In this document: positions 1-13,831 of the stretch, in pieces
Layout: each line of letters opens with the position of its first letter
Numbering within the stretch: the first letter of the stretch is position 1
Assembly: GCA_030390025.1 (NCBI GenBank)
Contig: CM059432.1
Location: forward strand, 110,734,001 to 110,798,000
From: Squalus acanthias
Taxonomy: Eukaryota
Length of the DNA stretch: 64,000 bases
Direction of reading: 5' to 3'
Notes under the pieces: generated by a model
Told to the model about the DNA's origin: nothing
Databases searched by the model: none
What the model saw: the letters and a program-made list of their open reading frames with translations, nothing else
Position numbers and translations under genes: made by a program

Positions 1-89
1 ATGATTCTGCGGGTACATGATAGAGCAGCCTAGCTTTCAATCTGTCTGATGACTGCTGAAGTGGAGGTGGCATTGCCTTGTTTGTCACT

Positions 90-420
90 TCATGGTGCCA
101 TCTCCATAGGCCAGAGTTACAGCATGTTTTGAAGGAGATGGAGGCAGGCTTGAGGTGGCTGAAGTTGCAGGTGTACTTGCAGCAGATGGCACAGCTCTGC
201 ATCTGGTTCTCTAATGACCCAGATCCTGCAAAGATAGGTCCCCGAGGCTGTTACTAGGTAGATGTACCAGGGCTTATAGTTGGTGGCATTTTGGTGGGTG
301 AGGCCAATCAGGGCACAAGCTGCTTTTCATCCTGGCATGCCATATTTAATGCAATGCTACTGAAAGCATGTCATAATATGGTTGGGGCTCTTCCATTGAA
401 ACATCCAACATCACAATTAG
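90..420 (-). mobile_element. Highly degenerate fragment of the CR1/L2-group LINE family also seen at 40510-44340
   Basis: Patchy similarity only, e.g. ggtgggtgaggccaatcagggcacaagctgcttt versus ggatggggtgccaatgaagcgggctgcttt at about 40925. Confidence 0.3.
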
Positions 421-625
421 TCAGATATTCACATGTCCCAGTGGTGTCTTCAGATCTGCTGTCACAGCTTGCTTTGGGAACAGAAGCCTCTACATGCATG
501 AATTGTCTCCCAAAGCGAGGTATTTTGATCTCTGTCTGGAGATGCTGGAAATGTGAATACCATTGAGGGCAGTCTAACCTGCCTAGCATCCCTCGGTAGG
601 GTTTCCTCTTCTTCCTAACACTTCA

Positions 626-761
626 GATAGAGGATTCAAGGGATATGGAGATCGGGCGGGAAAGTGGAGTTGAGGTCGAAGATCAACCATGATCTTACTG
701 AATGGTGGAGCAGGCTCGAGGGGCCGTATGGCCTACTCCTGCTCTTATTTCTTATGTTCTT
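626..761 (+). mobile_element. CR1 LINE 3' terminus
   Basis: ORF2 end (aagggatatggagatcgggcgggaaagtgg), 3'UTR stem-loop ggagcaggctcgaggggccg..ggcctactcctgctc and short ttcttatg-type tail. Confidence 0.85.
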
Positions 762-964
762 ATTCCTATTGGGAAAAGCATTGGTGCTAGTAATCGTGCT
801 GGCCAGGTAAAATATAATTTAGAACACGTGGCACATAGTGTCTTAAGTGCCAGCAAACAAATGATCAAGAAGAGTCCAGGAATGTCCTAAAGACTTCCCT
901 TTATACAGCAGTGCCCTTTAAATGAATTTCTGTCTGAATTGGACATCCTACAAAGTATCACTAA

Positions 965-1349
965 GTATTTACAGCACAGAAACAGGCCATTCGCTCCAAC
1001 TGGTCCGTGCCAGTGTTTATGCTCCATACACCCCTCTTCATCTCACCCTATCAGCATCTCCTTCTATTCCTTTCTCCCTCATGTGCTTATCCAGCTTCCC
1101 CTTAAATGCAACTATGATATTCACCTCAACTACTCCCTGTGGTAGCGAGTTCCACATTCTAACCACTCTCTGGGTAAAGAAGTTTCTCCTGAATTTTCTA
1201 TTGGATTTATCAATGACTATCTTATATTTAGGGCCCATAATTCTGGTCTCGCCCATAAGTGGAAATATCTTCTCTATGTCTATCCTATCAAACCCTTTCA
1301 TAGTCTTGAAGACCTCTATCAGGTCACCCCTCAGTCTTCTCTTTTCTCG
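965..1349 (-). mobile_element. CR1 LINE 3' fragment
   Basis: ORF 1038-1370 gives RRLRGDLIEVFK...RRNFFTQRVVRMWNSLP, the CR1 ORF2 C-terminus. Confidence 0.9.
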
Positions 1350-1356
1350 AGATTCT

Positions 1357-3196
1357 GGCGAGAAATTCATATACTTACCGACACCTGTTAGCGCCAGTGA
1401 TTCTCGAAAAAATGGCGGCCACCACTCCTGCGCCAGCTGGAGGTGGTCCCAGCGGCGGCCGCCAAATTTGTGGGACCTTTTGCGCTGCTGGTAACCGGCA
1501 ACGCCCTGTAAAAAAAAATGGTGGCGTGGTGACGTCAGTCGGCGTACAACGTCGACTTAACATCACCTACGCAAACTTTGACCCTAGCACTCAATTCAGT
1601 GCCGGGTCCTAAGCATGCCAGGTTAACCTGGTGTGCAAGCAGGCTGACAGACGCTGACAGGGGCGATATCTGCAGCTGTTAAAGTGACACACACATCAAT
1701 CAGGTAAGTTTGAATGGAAGGGTTTGGCCTTGGTTTTTTGGATTTTAGTGAAGTAGTGTCTTGCTGCAATATATGTGAAAAGTTTTTAAGTGTTTTGGGA
1801 GTGCTCCTGGATGCTTGCAAGGGCTCGGATGGTAAGTGAATGCCTTTGAGAAGACAGAACATGCCGAGAATACTCAGCAGGTCACGCTACATCCGTGGAG
1901 TTCACGTCTCAGGTCTACATGCTGCCTGGCTGAATCTTTGCAGCATCTTATGCTGTCATTTCACATTTACAGCATCCGCTTGCAGAGGGAAGAGGAAGAC
2001 GCAGAAGAGCAAGACAAAGAAGAGGAGGAAGCCGAAGAGGAGGAATTAGATGGAAGGATGCATCCCAGACAGCCCCTTTGTGGCCGGGATATCCGGGTTG
2101 GAATCATCCACCTGCGGTCCCACTGGCCGGGCAGGCTACCTCTTCTTGTTGACCCACTGGCCGGGCAGGCTGCATTTCTTGAGTGTGTGAAATGAGGAAG
2201 ACTCAAGGGTGGAGCTGTGCTGACGGGAGGACGGGAAACCTAGAGGTGCATGCCAAAAGAGGGTAATGTACAAGGATACCTGCATCTTGTATACTTTAAG
2301 CCCCACCGCTGGCCAAGGGCTCAACCATGCACCTGCCACGAATGGCCAGCACCGTCTCCTCCAAGGGGGTGAGGTGAAGCTAGGAATGGTAGATGTGCCT
2401 CGTGTTTGGTACAGATTGCTGGTAGGTGAGTGATTGGGGGTCATGCATTGAGCAGTGTGAGGCTAGTGGTGCAGTTGGTAGGAGACGGCTTTTGATGATG
2501 CATTCACTGACCTTGACCACTGGTCTGAGGTCATGAAGCTTCTTTGGGCACTAGCGCCAGGTGGTGGGGGCGACACTGCTGGCAGTGACGGCCTCGGTGA
2601 TCTGGTCCCACATTGTTCTTTCTGGAGGGCCTCCCGGCTCCTGTGGGTAGAGGCCGCTCTTGCAGTGTTGACCCCCTGCACAAAGCTGGAGTGCTGCGTG
2701 TGAGACCCTGGTGCCCCTTCCCTGGCTTGCTGAGCCATGTGTGTTAGTGCTGAGGCAGTTTCCCCATTTGTTCAGTTTAGGAAGGTAATTCAGCTTTAAG
2801 AGCTGAATAATCACATTTGGAACTTCTGTTGTATATTGAATATTTGTAAAAAGACAGAAAGGGCTGAAAAATATATTGAATCAGTGCATTTTATTTTGTC
2901 TTGCTTCAATGCGCATGGCCCCTTTAAATTTCAGAGCTCCTCACTGCCCACAATGCATTGCGAGCTTCACAGCCTCGCACACAGATGCTCGGGGAAACAG
3001 CAACGCTGCACCAGGACTACTAATTGGTCCCGGATCCCTCGTGTAACGCCACCAGGACGGCGTTGCGCCTAAGGTTAGCACTGCACCAGCTACCACCATG
3101 CCCACCACACCAATTTAGGTCGGTTAGCGCTGTGGCCATTAACGGCAGTTGGCGGTGACACCGACTGCTTTGCTGTCGATCACCAATTTATCCCCC
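1357..3196 (-). mobile_element. Non-autonomous Harbinger/PIF element with decayed Myb/SANT and transposase remnants
   Basis: Ends GGCGAGAAATT ... AATTTATCCCC; Myb/SANT remnant RTMWDQITEAVTASSVAPTTW; collinear in inverted orientation with 15895-18120. Confidence 0.75.
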
Positions 3197-3321
3197 ATTA
3201 TATCTACAAATGTCAGGAAATTGCATGTCATTTCCATATTGAAATGAAGCTCCTTCCTGCTTCAGAAGGGGTCTTCTACTGCCAACCTCAAGGCCAATCA
3301 GAAACAGAATTGGAACATAAA

Positions 3322-3505
3322 GGGGTAGAAATTCGCCTCAGGGGCTGGCGCAGACGGGTGGTATCGCATCGGCTGCCCATTATAGGCAGCACCTGATATT
3401 TCATTCCATTGTCTGCAATGCAACTGAAGATCAGGCGCTGGGTATAACGGGCCGCCGATCCGATACCGCCCGTCTGCGTCACCGCCCAAGGCCAATTTCT
3501 ACCCC
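3322..3505. mobile_element. Palindromic (fold-back) MITE with Harbinger-type TIRs
   Basis: GGGGTAGAAATT at 3322 and AATTTCTACCCC at 3494-3505; arms complementary almost to the centre. Confidence 0.8.
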
Positions 3506-4779
3506 CCAATAAACAGATTATTTGGACTGATTTCCACCTCTATTGTTAACGCAGTTACGCCCCTGTGATGAACTTTAAACATTTTAGATTAAGATTTAGT
3601 TTGGTATGAGCTTCTTTATTTTCCTCCTGGTACAAAAGGGGTTAAAACCCAGCTTCACCGACAGAAGAACGTTTCAGCTCATTTTTGTTGTATTTGTTGC
3701 AACATTTAGCGGTTTGTCTGAAGGGAGAGGCCAAGCCAAATTTAACTTATAGTGTGATTTGTTTCAATATATTTCAGATTGGCAGCTTCCTTGAATTAAA
3801 CAGACAGTTATTTAAATTCTGCCTTGCCTTAGTCTAAAGATTTTTAACAGCCTGCCTTTTATAATCACTGAGTCTGTCTGGAACCTTTGAAGAAATTCTG
3901 TCAAAAGCTTCCGAAAAGAGTAGACAGACAGCTTCCGTGGCTGGGGAGAAAAGGAAAAGAACCACAATATAAAGAAATTAGTTATAATAGTTTAGCATAC
4001 AGTTGTGATCTGTGTATTTTTTCTTCTATAAGCTAAGCTCAACTATAGTAAAAGTATATGTTCTGTTAACACGACTATTGTCACTGTTTAATAACTCTGT
4101 TTGGCAGTTTAAACTGAAGACAAGGTCCATGGTAGCATTATTTTGCCACCTTCTGAAGACAAGGGATAGAACTGGTAGCTGAAATAATTTACAATGGGGT
4201 TCAATGTTCATCATCCAGGCATGCTCAGACTCTCTGAAGTGCAGGGACATAGGACGTACCTTCAGGATGAGTCTGCAACATGGAAGCCAAAAATATCCAG
4301 AGTTTGGTGCGTTTATTTTTATTGGCCCTGAAATTCCACAGGCGTTCTCCCAGTTTCCTGCCATTACTTCAGCAGGAGATCAGCAGAATCAACATCCCCA
4401 AAAATGCCAGAAACCTGGCGTAATCTGGTTCCTGCCATTCTTTGTGGATTCCACTGGAATAATGGAGACTTCGTGGAATCTCAGAGCGATTGTGTACTTT
4501 TCCACCTCCCAGGCCTACCTTTCTTTCCCTTTTTCTCACATGCTAGTTAACTGGCAACTGATTTGTTAGTTTTATCCATAACATGTCCTCATCTACTTTA
4601 CTTCATACTTATGGAATGAAACATAATTAACAGTTATCAAATACAACAAGCAAATAGCGTTTTGCAACAGATTCAAACCGCTGCTTTGATTAACAAACAC
4701 CATGGTCCCGATATTAACCTGGAGATGGGAAGGCAGTGTGGGTTGGGGTGGGGTGGTGATGGTAGCGGGCAACATCACC

Positions 4780-5290
4780 AGCAACCTGCATTTATATAGC
4801 ACATGTAAAATAGTAACACGTCCCAACGCGCTTCATGGAAATGTTATCGGACAAAATGTGACACCGAGCAACATTAGGACAGGTGGCCAGAAACTTGGTC
4901 AAAGCGGTAGGTTTCAAGGAGTGTCTTAAAGGAGGAGAGTGGCAGAGAGGTTTAGGGAGGGAATTCCACAGCTGAGGGCCCAGGCAGCTTAAGTCATGGC
5001 TGCCAATGGTGGAGTGAAAAAAATCGGGGATGCGCAAGAGGCCAGAATTGGAGGAGCGTAGAAATCTCGGAGGATTGCAGAGCTAGAGGAGGTTACAGAG
5101 ATAGAGAGGGGCGAGGCCATGGAGGGATTTGAACACAAGGATGAGAATTTCAGGTTGGTGGACTGGGAGCCAGTGTAGGTCAGCGAGCACAGGGGCGATG
5201 GGTGACAGTTTTAGATGAGCTCTAGTTTATGGAGGATGGCAGGTGGGAGGCCGGCCAGAACAGCATTGGAATAGTTGTGTCTGGAGGGAG
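4780..5290 (-). mobile_element. L2 LINE 3' fragment
   Basis: Antisense translation SCLGPQLWNSLPKPL; matches L2 3' ends at 36700-36987 and 38850-39112. Confidence 0.8.
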
Positions 5291-5479
5291 ACGAGGAAGC
5301 CTGGCTGATTATAACAGTCACGCCTTATTGGAATTTTGCTTTCGGGTTCGGTGTCTCCACTACGCCTCAGTGGGCGTAATGTCAATCCACATGACGCAAT
5401 TTCCCGTCACCTATTTCAAGGCCCAGTGCAACACTGGAACAGAGGATGAGGTTAGGCAGTTTCAACTGGAGGACCTGCG

Positions 5480-5945
5480 AGATGGCTGTCAGGAGGGAAG
5501 ATTGACCCCAGTTTCACAGATTCTTCCCTTCATGTTCTACTGTGTGCTTTAAGAACCTGGAAGGAGGTGCTTTCCTGCTAGTGGAGATAAGAAACCTGCT
5601 GCCACCACCAAGAAGGCCTGGGTGGAGCTGACAGGAGAAGTGAGCAGCAGGAGTGTGACCCTGAGATCCTGGATTCAGTGCCACAAACACTTCAAAAACC
5701 TGACCAGGTCAGGAAAGGTCAGCATTCACCCAAATCCTACAATGCACCCCCTCTCACTTTGTTTTGTCAATCCTACTCCACTCACATCACTCCTCACCCC
5801 CACATCAATCTCATCAGCACTAATCTGACCGGCTTGATGCACCTGCTCTCACCCTCACTCCACCTCCTCTCACCCTCAATTCCTTCACATGCTCACTTCT
5901 CATTTCCTCCCTCCACCACTGCCAGTAAACATAACCCTCATCTCA
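5480..5945 (+). mobile_element. Harbinger Myb/SANT gene remnant (exon 1 plus intron)
   Basis: WVELTGEVSSRSVTLRSWIQCHKHFKNLTRSGK followed by a GT donor, like Myb exon 1 at 37000-37117. Confidence 0.65.
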
Positions 5946-5948
5946 CAA

Positions 5949-8590
5949 GAGCATAAGAATTAGGAGCAGGAGTAGGCCATACGGCCCCTCGAGCCTGCTC
6001 TGCCATTCAATAAGATCATGGTTGATCTTCGACCTCATCTCCACTTTCCTAACCGATCCCCATATCCCTTGATTCCCCTAGAGTCCAAAAATCTATCTAT
6101 CTCAGCCTTGAATATACTCAGTGATTCAGCATCCACAGCCATTTGGGGTAGAGAATTCCAAAGATTCACAACCCTCTGTCTTAATTGGCTGACCCCTTAT
6201 CCTGAGACTATGCCCCCTAGTTCTAGACTCTCCAGCCGGGGGAAACAACCTCTCAGCATCTACCCTGTCAATCCCCTTCAGAATCTTGTATGTTTCAATG
6301 AGATCCCCTCTCCTTCTTCTAAACTCCAGAGAGTATAGGCCCAATCTACACAATCTCTCCTCATAGGCCAGCCCTCCCACCCCAGGAATCAATCTAGTGA
6401 GTCTTCGTTGCACCCCCTCAAGGCAAGTATATCCTTCCTTAGATAAGGAGACCAAAACTCTGCACAGTACTCCAGGTGTGGTCTCACCAAAGCCCGGTAC
6501 AATTGTAGCAAGACTTCCTTACTCTTGTACTTCAATCTCCTTGTAATACAGGCCAACATGCCATTTGCCTTCCTTATTGCTTGCTGTACCTGCATGCTAA
6601 CTCTCTATGTTTCTTATATGAGGACACCTAAATCTCTCTGAACACCAACATTTAATAGTTTCTCACCATTTAAAAAATATTCTGTTTTTCTATTCTTCCT
6701 ACCAAAGTGAATAACCTCACATTTCCCCACATTATACTCCATCTGCCACCTTACTGCCCACTCACTTAACCTGTCTATATCCCTTTGCAGACTCTTTGTG
6801 TTCTCCTCACAGCTTACTTTCCCACCTAGCTATGTATCATCAGCAAACTTGTATACATTACACTCGGTCCTTTCATCTAAGTCATTAATACAAATTGTTA
6901 ATAGCTGAGGCCCAAGCACTGATCCTTGCGGCACCCCACTAGTTACAACCTACCAACCTGAAAATGACCCGTTTATCCCTACTCTCCATTTTCTGTCCAT
7001 TAACCAATCCTCTATCCATACTAATATATTACCCCCCACCTCATGTGCCCTTATCTTGCATAACAACTTTTTATGTGGCACCTTACTGAATGCCTTTTGG
7101 AAATCCAAATATACTACATCCACTGGTTTCCCCTTTATCTACCCTGCTAGTTACATCCTCAAAAAACTCTAATAAATTTGTCAAACACTATTTCCCTTTC
7201 ATAAAACCATGTTGACTCTGCCTAATCATGTTATGATTTTCTAAGTGCCCCGTTACCACTTCCTTAACAATGGATTCCAGCATTTTCCCGACGACTGATG
7301 ACAATTACATAGGCCTGTAGTTCCCTGTTTTCTCTCTCCCTTCTTTCTTGAATAGCAGTGTTACATTTGCTACCTTCCAATCCCAGGGACCGTTATAGAA
7401 TCTCAGGAATTTTGGAAGATCACAACCAATGCATCCACTATCTCTGCAGCCACCTCTTTTAGAACCCTAGGATGTAGTCCATCAGGTCCAGGGGATTTGC
7501 CGGCTTTTCATCCCATTAGTTTCTCAAGTACTTTTTTCTCTACTGATCTTAATTACTTTACGTCCCTCACCCTCATTAGCCCCTTGGTTCCCCACTATAC
7601 TTTTTGTTACTTCTGCTGTGAAGACAGATACTCAATATTTGTTTAACATCTCTGCCAGTTCCTTATTCTCCATTATAATTTCTCCTGTCTCAGCCTCTAA
7701 GGGACCAATGCTTACTTTTGCTACTCGCTTCCTTTTTATATACTTGTAGAAGCTCCTACAATCTGTTTTTATATTTCTTGCTAGTTTACTCTCATTATAT
7801 TTTCTCCATTTTTATCAATTTTTTGGTCATCCTTTGCTGGTTTCTAAAGCTCTCCCAATCCTCAGGCTTACTACTATTCTTTGTCACATTATAAGCCTCT
7901 TATTTTAATTTAATACTATGCTTAAGTTCTTTAGTTAGCCACGGATGAATCACTTTTCCCTGGAGTTTTTATTTCTCAATGGAATCTATATTCGTTGAGA
8001 ATTTTGGAATATTTCTTTAAATGTTTGCCACTGCTTATCTACCATCATGCCTTTTAAACTAATTTCCCAATCTACTTTAGCCTCTCATACCTATGTAATT
8101 GGCTTTATTTAAGTTTAAGTCTCTAGTTTCAGACTTAAGTATTACACTCTCAAGCCCTATGTGAAATTCGAGCATATTATAATCACCTTTTCTATGAGAT
8201 TACTAATTAACCCTGTCTCATTACACAATACAAGATCTAAAATAGCCTGTTCCCTGGTTGGTTTCATGATGTGTTGTTCTAGGAAACGGTCTTGAATGCA
8301 TTCTATGAACTTGTCCTCCAGACTACCTTTGCCAATTTGATTTGCCCAGTCTATGTGCAGATTAAAGTCCCCCATGATTATTGCATTACCTTTGTTACAA
8401 GCTCCTATTATTTGTTGATTAATACACTGTCCAATGGTATAGCTACTATTAGGGGGCCTATAAACTACTCCCACCAGTGTTTTCTGCCCCTTGTTGTTTC
8501 TTATCTCCACCCATACTGATTTTAGTTCCTGATCTTCTGAGCCAAGATCCTTTCTCACTACTGTCCTTATGTGATCCTTTATTGTGAGGA
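5949..8590 (-). mobile_element. 5'-truncated, decayed CR1 LINE (EN through 3' tail)
   Basis: EN motifs VVYRPPNS and IIMGDFN (ORF 8157-8558), RT region, C-terminal LVRPHLEYCAEFWSP, tail near 5950. Confidence 0.92.
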
Positions 8591-9024
8591 ATGAGTTGTC
8601 TTGGCTTCATGGGCCAGACTGCCAGGGTAGGAAATGGCTCACGGCCAAACTTTGGGGCTTCCCTGATCAAAATTGATAGCCTAATTGCAAATGAAAAGGA
8701 TCACTGAATAGGAACCCCAAGATCTTGGCTTTGTAGTAATGATCACAGCACCCCTGGATCAGGAGCTGAATTTCTGGATGATTTCCCCACAGCCATGGCT
8801 TTAAGGCCACTGCTACTTGACTCTGGTGCAGTGAGGAAAAACTGGCCAGGAAACATGCATTTATTTTTCAGGTGTTTTGTCCCTCTGTCTCTATCAGAGT
8901 GTTCACGGTAACTGCCCTGTCAAACCTTTCCATCCCACTACACCTGCTGTTTGCAGTTGAAGCCGTGGCATCAAAGATAATGCTGGAACAACTCTTCTGT
9001 AAATACCATCACAAACAGGTATTT

Positions 9025-9252
9025 GCAGGGGAGTTCTCCCGGTGTCCTAGTCAATATTTATCTCTCAATCAACATCACTTAAAAATGTAAAAAATGATCT
9101 GGTTATTATCACACTGCTCTTTGTGGGAACTTCCTCTGTGCAAATTGACTGCCGTCACGGGACTACACTTCAAAAGTATTTCATTGGCTGTAAAGCACTT
9201 TGGGACATCCTGAGGTCGTGAAAGATGCCATATAAATGCAAGTCTTTCTTTT
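9025..9252 (+). mobile_element. DeuSINE (SacSINE1-like) 3' part
   Basis: Aligns to the 3' half of the full copy at 47084-47552, ending tataaatgcaagtctttc. Confidence 0.8.
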
Positions 9253-9869
9253 TGTCCAGTGTGTTGCTCTATATCTCAATTTTTAAAACAATCCAATTCA
9301 GTTGATGACTGCCTCAGGGTTACCTTTAAATCTTATTTTATGCCATTCTATATCGATTGGACACACTGGCTGCCACAGCTACAGGATAAAGAACAAGAGC
9401 TCAATGCAGTGGATGATTGAATATCAGTTTCACCACTCCATGGTGCAGCACACCCAGTAAATTCATAGTTCTACAAAACTAACTTCCATTGAAGAGGGCG
9501 TTCTACAAGGTTTATTCACTCTTTACTACTACATCCTTCCCTTGATATGTGTGAGAAATTGGTATAGTTTAAATATAATTGTTAAATAAAAACTTACCTG
9601 ACTAATTCCTGGCAGTTAAAAACTTAAGCACAAATGGGTATGTCTTTGTGTTCCTCGGTGGGTACATGGTCATGGATGGGGATTATTGTTCAATCTCCAG
9701 CACTCAAGTGGGAAGGACAGATTTAGAATTACAGCACAGAAACAGGCCATTCAGCCCAGCTGGTCCATGCCGGTGTTTATGCTCCGCACAAGCCTCTATA
9801 TCATACCTGTATATACATTCCTCGGTAGTCGAGTGGTCGGTATGTGACCAGACCCCCTAGAGCTCTATT

Positions 9870-10820
9870 GGGGGACTGCATCTGTGTTCCCTAACAAGTT
9901 GCAAATGCTCCCACCTGGGCCCGCCTTGATGGAATTGGGCTTTTCTTGTACTTCTAAAGCCTGAATCCTAATTTTTAATAAACAACACATCCTGTGTAAA
10001 TACATACCAAAAATTGGAATTAAAATGAGCCCATCACAGACATCTCCAAAATAGAAAATGGCGTAAATTTTCTCAGATCCCCGTGGGACTTCTCTATTCA
10101 GAAGTCCATTACAAATACTGATCATTCTTCATGGGAAGACCTTCCTGATATTCGTCCTAAATTTACCTTTTACTAGTTTGAACCTGTATCCCCTTGTCTG
10201 ACTCTCACAATTTAGTTTTAAGCACTATTGTGGATTTACCCTTTCCATACCATTTACTATCTTATATACCTCTATAAAAACAACACTGCTGATGGAGAAC
10301 ATGGCCTAGGAATCTGAGAGCCCGCCTGCACACCCTCTCTCCTCTTGAAGAAAGCGTGTTCATCATCATGGGCAGGGGGAGAGTCGTGGCCGTGGCGACT
10401 GGTGACGCTGCAGGAGTCATCATGCAGGGATTCTTCACACCTAATCCTCTTTTTCCCTTCTTACTTCTAGCTCACCCTACACACTCTGCATGACAACCTG
10501 CAGATGCACTTCCAGCTTGTAATGATCGTGTGCTTCCCGCCCACCATATTGGAAGGTTAGAAGGCAGTTAAGCACCTGAAAAATGGACACTGTGTGGCCG
10601 AATTTCTAGGCCCATATATCATCCTCCTTTTCTTCCTTTATGCAATACTTTCTACTTATCTGCATTAAATTTAATCTGCCATTGTTCTGCCCACTTACAT
10701 ATACTGTCCAACTCATTTTGAATTTCCTAAGCTGCTTCTTCAATATCAATTGCCCTTCCAAATTTGGTCTCATCTCCAAATTTTACCAGATCTCATTGAG
10801 TTTCTGAACCCAAGTCCTTC
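9870..10820 (-). mobile_element. Very degenerate CR1 fragment interrupted by a Harbinger terminal piece (about 10280-10613)
   Basis: CR1-like cttatatacctctata and ccattgttctgcccactt; Harbinger TIR gaatttctaggccc at 10600-10613. Confidence 0.5.
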
Positions 10821-12212
10821 ATTAGAAATGACATATTTCTGCTGCAATGAAAATGCCCTACATACTGCCTAAAATGTGCTCAAAATGAAGTTGTAGATCA
10901 CTCGATATGGAGTATAGCTATTGATGTGAATTCTGGGCAATGTCTGAAACAGGCTAATTCAAACCATAAAGGCTTTTAGCTTACACAAGTTTTCTCAGCT
11001 AATCAGGTCATAATGTTAATCTAAGTTAATTACACCATGAAGGCTTGTTTATACACACAGACATTGTTATAAGCTTTTACCCCTGGGCTTAGGCATTGAT
11101 AAAGGCTCTTAGTGAGACATAAACATGTCAGATGTTCTCAAAATCTTGTTGATAAACTGGGAATGAAATATGGTCCCAAAACCCTTGAGAAATGCAAGAC
11201 AGATAGGTAGATACGTCATAAACCACAGACATAAAGTCTGTCATGCTCGGGGAAGGTCATGCTTCAACGGCTCAATGACATTCACAGGAACTCCATATTT
11301 ATCAGGAAGGATTGGCAGAAAAGGGACAAACTCTTCTGATACATGTGCCACTCAGACTGGTTAATTGTATGGAGGGGGTTTCTTTTTGAAATTCGATATA
11401 AAGGAGGGTTTAACACATTTCCAGCAGATGCTCTTTGTTTTTGTAAAGTAGTAGTCACTAGTCAGCAGTAATAGAAGCAGAGTCGTTCTTTGTCTTTCTT
11501 AGACTCTCTTAACTTCTCTTGATAGTTAGAAGATGTCTTTGTCTTCTTCTGGAAGAATCTTTACCTAGCAGATATAAAAGGTAACCGCACCAGTGCAAGG
11601 TATCTTTAAGTACAGAGAGTCCAACATCAGAAGTTATATTGTGGCTGCACAGAAATTTACCTACAGCAATAAGTCTGTCAAGTATCTGAAATCAAGAAAG
11701 GTGAGAGGCAAGTCAGTAAGCGCAAATATCGTCGCTGGTACGTAAGTTGTGTTCAGCCGGAACCGAAAATCCAAGTGAAACAGATAACCCCACCACCTAA
11801 GGCGGTTCATTGACTCGACGCGCCAGAAGCGAATATATATGTCCCAGGGATGAAATGAGATTGACTCAGCCATCCCACTCATAAGGATAAAGTGATATAA
11901 GCTCTGGAACCTTGCTAATCACACACATAGACACTAATGCTGTTAACTTGACAGCTATCTCGGGATTTTACCCAAAATAACGTTATCAATTTTAATAATC
12001 TCAGACTCTAATCACTGCTAGAATTAATATTCAGCATTAGTTAATGCTGATATACAGTGAATTTCCTGTGTTACCTCTGTTACTCATTTGTTAAGTAACT
12101 CTGTTGATTAATGATTCACTATTCAAGCGTCAAGATGACCTCGACCATATCTATTTATAAAAATGAGAAGTCGCACAACACCAGGTTATAGTCCAACAGT
12201 TTTATTTAAAAT

Positions 12213-12248
12213 TACGAGCTTTCGGAGCTGCTGCCCCTTTGTCAGGTA
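12213..12248 (-). ncRNA. Minimal type I hammerhead ribozyme motif in the PLE end (core G8 changed to A)
   Basis: TAC-CTGACAA-A-GGGGC AGCA GCTCC-GAAA-GC-TC-GTA. Confidence 0.7.
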
Positions 12249-12505
12249 GAGGTACAGTGAGGGAATCTAATACACAGTATATATACACAGAGAGCGACTT
12301 GTCTGCAGAGATACAATCCGTCAGGAAGGCACTACATCAAAGACACATCAGAGCACAGCCAAGACAATGAGGTGGGTCACAGGGGGTCCAACGTGTCAAA
12401 TGCTGCCGTCTGCAGTTGAGCTCCTAACTTTTTTTTTGTTTTGTTTTTTTGGTTGGGTTTTTTTATGTGTTTTTTTAAACTGGAAAGATAGACAACGATG
12501 TCGCG

Positions 12506-13831
12506 TCACGTTCTGTAGTGTGACATGAACCCGAGATCCCTATTGAGGCCGTCCTCATGGGTGCGGAACTTGGCTATCAGTTTCTGCTCGATGATTTTGC
12601 GTTGTCGTGTGTCTCGAAGGCCGCTTTGGAGAACGCTAACCCGCAGATCCGAGGCTGAATGTCCTTGACTGCTGAAGTGTTCCCCGACTGGGAGGTAACA
12701 ATCCTGCCTGGCGATTGTTGCGCGGTGTCCGTTCATACGTTGTCTCAGTGTCTGCATGGTCTCGCCGATGTATCATGCTCCGGGGCATCCTTTCCTGCAA
12801 CGTATGAGGTAGACAACGTTGGCCGAGTCACATGAGTATGTACCATGTACCTGGTGGGTAGTGTCCTCACGTGTGATGATGGTATCTGTGTTGATGATCT
12901 GGCATGTCTTGCAGAGGTTGCCGTGGCAGGGTTGTGTGGTGTCGTGGTCGCTGTTCTCCTGACAGCTGGGTAATTTTCTGCGAACGATGGTACTTTTGAG
13001 GTTAGGCGGCTGCTTGAAGGCGAGTAGTGGAGGCGTGGGGATGGCCTTAGCAAGGTGTTCGTCGTCATCGATGACATGTTGAAGGCTGCAAAGAACATGG
13101 CGTAGTTTCTCCGCTCCGGGGAAGTACTGGACGACGTAGGGTACTCTGTTGGTTGTGTCCCGTGTTTGTCTTCTGAGGAGGTCTATGCGGTTTTTCGCTG
13201 TGGTCCGTCGGAACTGTCGATCGACGAGGTGAGCGTCATATCCCGTTCTTACGAGGGCGTCTTTCAGCGTCCGTAGGTGTCCATCGCGTTCCTCCTCGTC
13301 TGAGCAGATCCTGTGTATTCGCAGGGCTTGTCCATAGGGGATGGCTTCTTTAACGTTGTTAGGGTGGAAGCTGGAGAAGTGGCGCATCGTGAGGTTGTCC
13401 GTGGGCTTGCGGTAGAGTGAAGTGCTGAGGTGTCCGTCTTTGATGGAGATTCGTGTGTCCAAGAATGAAACCGATTCTGAGGAGTAGTCCATGGTGAGTT
13501 TGATGGTGGGATGGAACCTGTTGATGTTATCGTGTAGTCCTTTCAGTGATCCTTTGCCGTGGGTCCAAAGGAAGAAGATGTCGTCGATGTATCTGGTGTA
13601 CAGCGTTGGTTGGAGGTCCTGTGCAGCGAAGAAGTCTTGCTCGAACTTGTGCATGAAGATGTTGGCGTATTGGGGTGCGAATTTGGTCCCCATGGCTGTT
13701 CCGTGTGTTTGGGTAAAAAACTGGTTGTCGAAGGTGAAGACATTGTGGTCAAGGATGAAGCGGATGAGTTGTAGGATGGCGTCTGGAGATTGGCTGTTGT
13801 TGGTGTTGAGTACTGAGGCTGTCGCAGCCAA
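12506..13831 (-). pseudogene. Penelope RT C-half plus GIY-YIG endonuclease, 5'-truncated, one premature stop
   Basis: RT motifs QTHGTAMG, RYIDDIFF, SFLD; GIY-YIG VVYLIRC..GA*YIGET (TGG to TGA at 12773; W retained in the + arm). Confidence 0.93.

Noticed and set aside
707..745. Hairpins in CR1 3'UTRs
   Set aside because: Expected CR1 3' recognition stem-loop, not novel
9592..9700. Strong minus-strand donor CAG|GTAAGT at 9598
   Set aside because: No convincing acceptor with an open frame upstream
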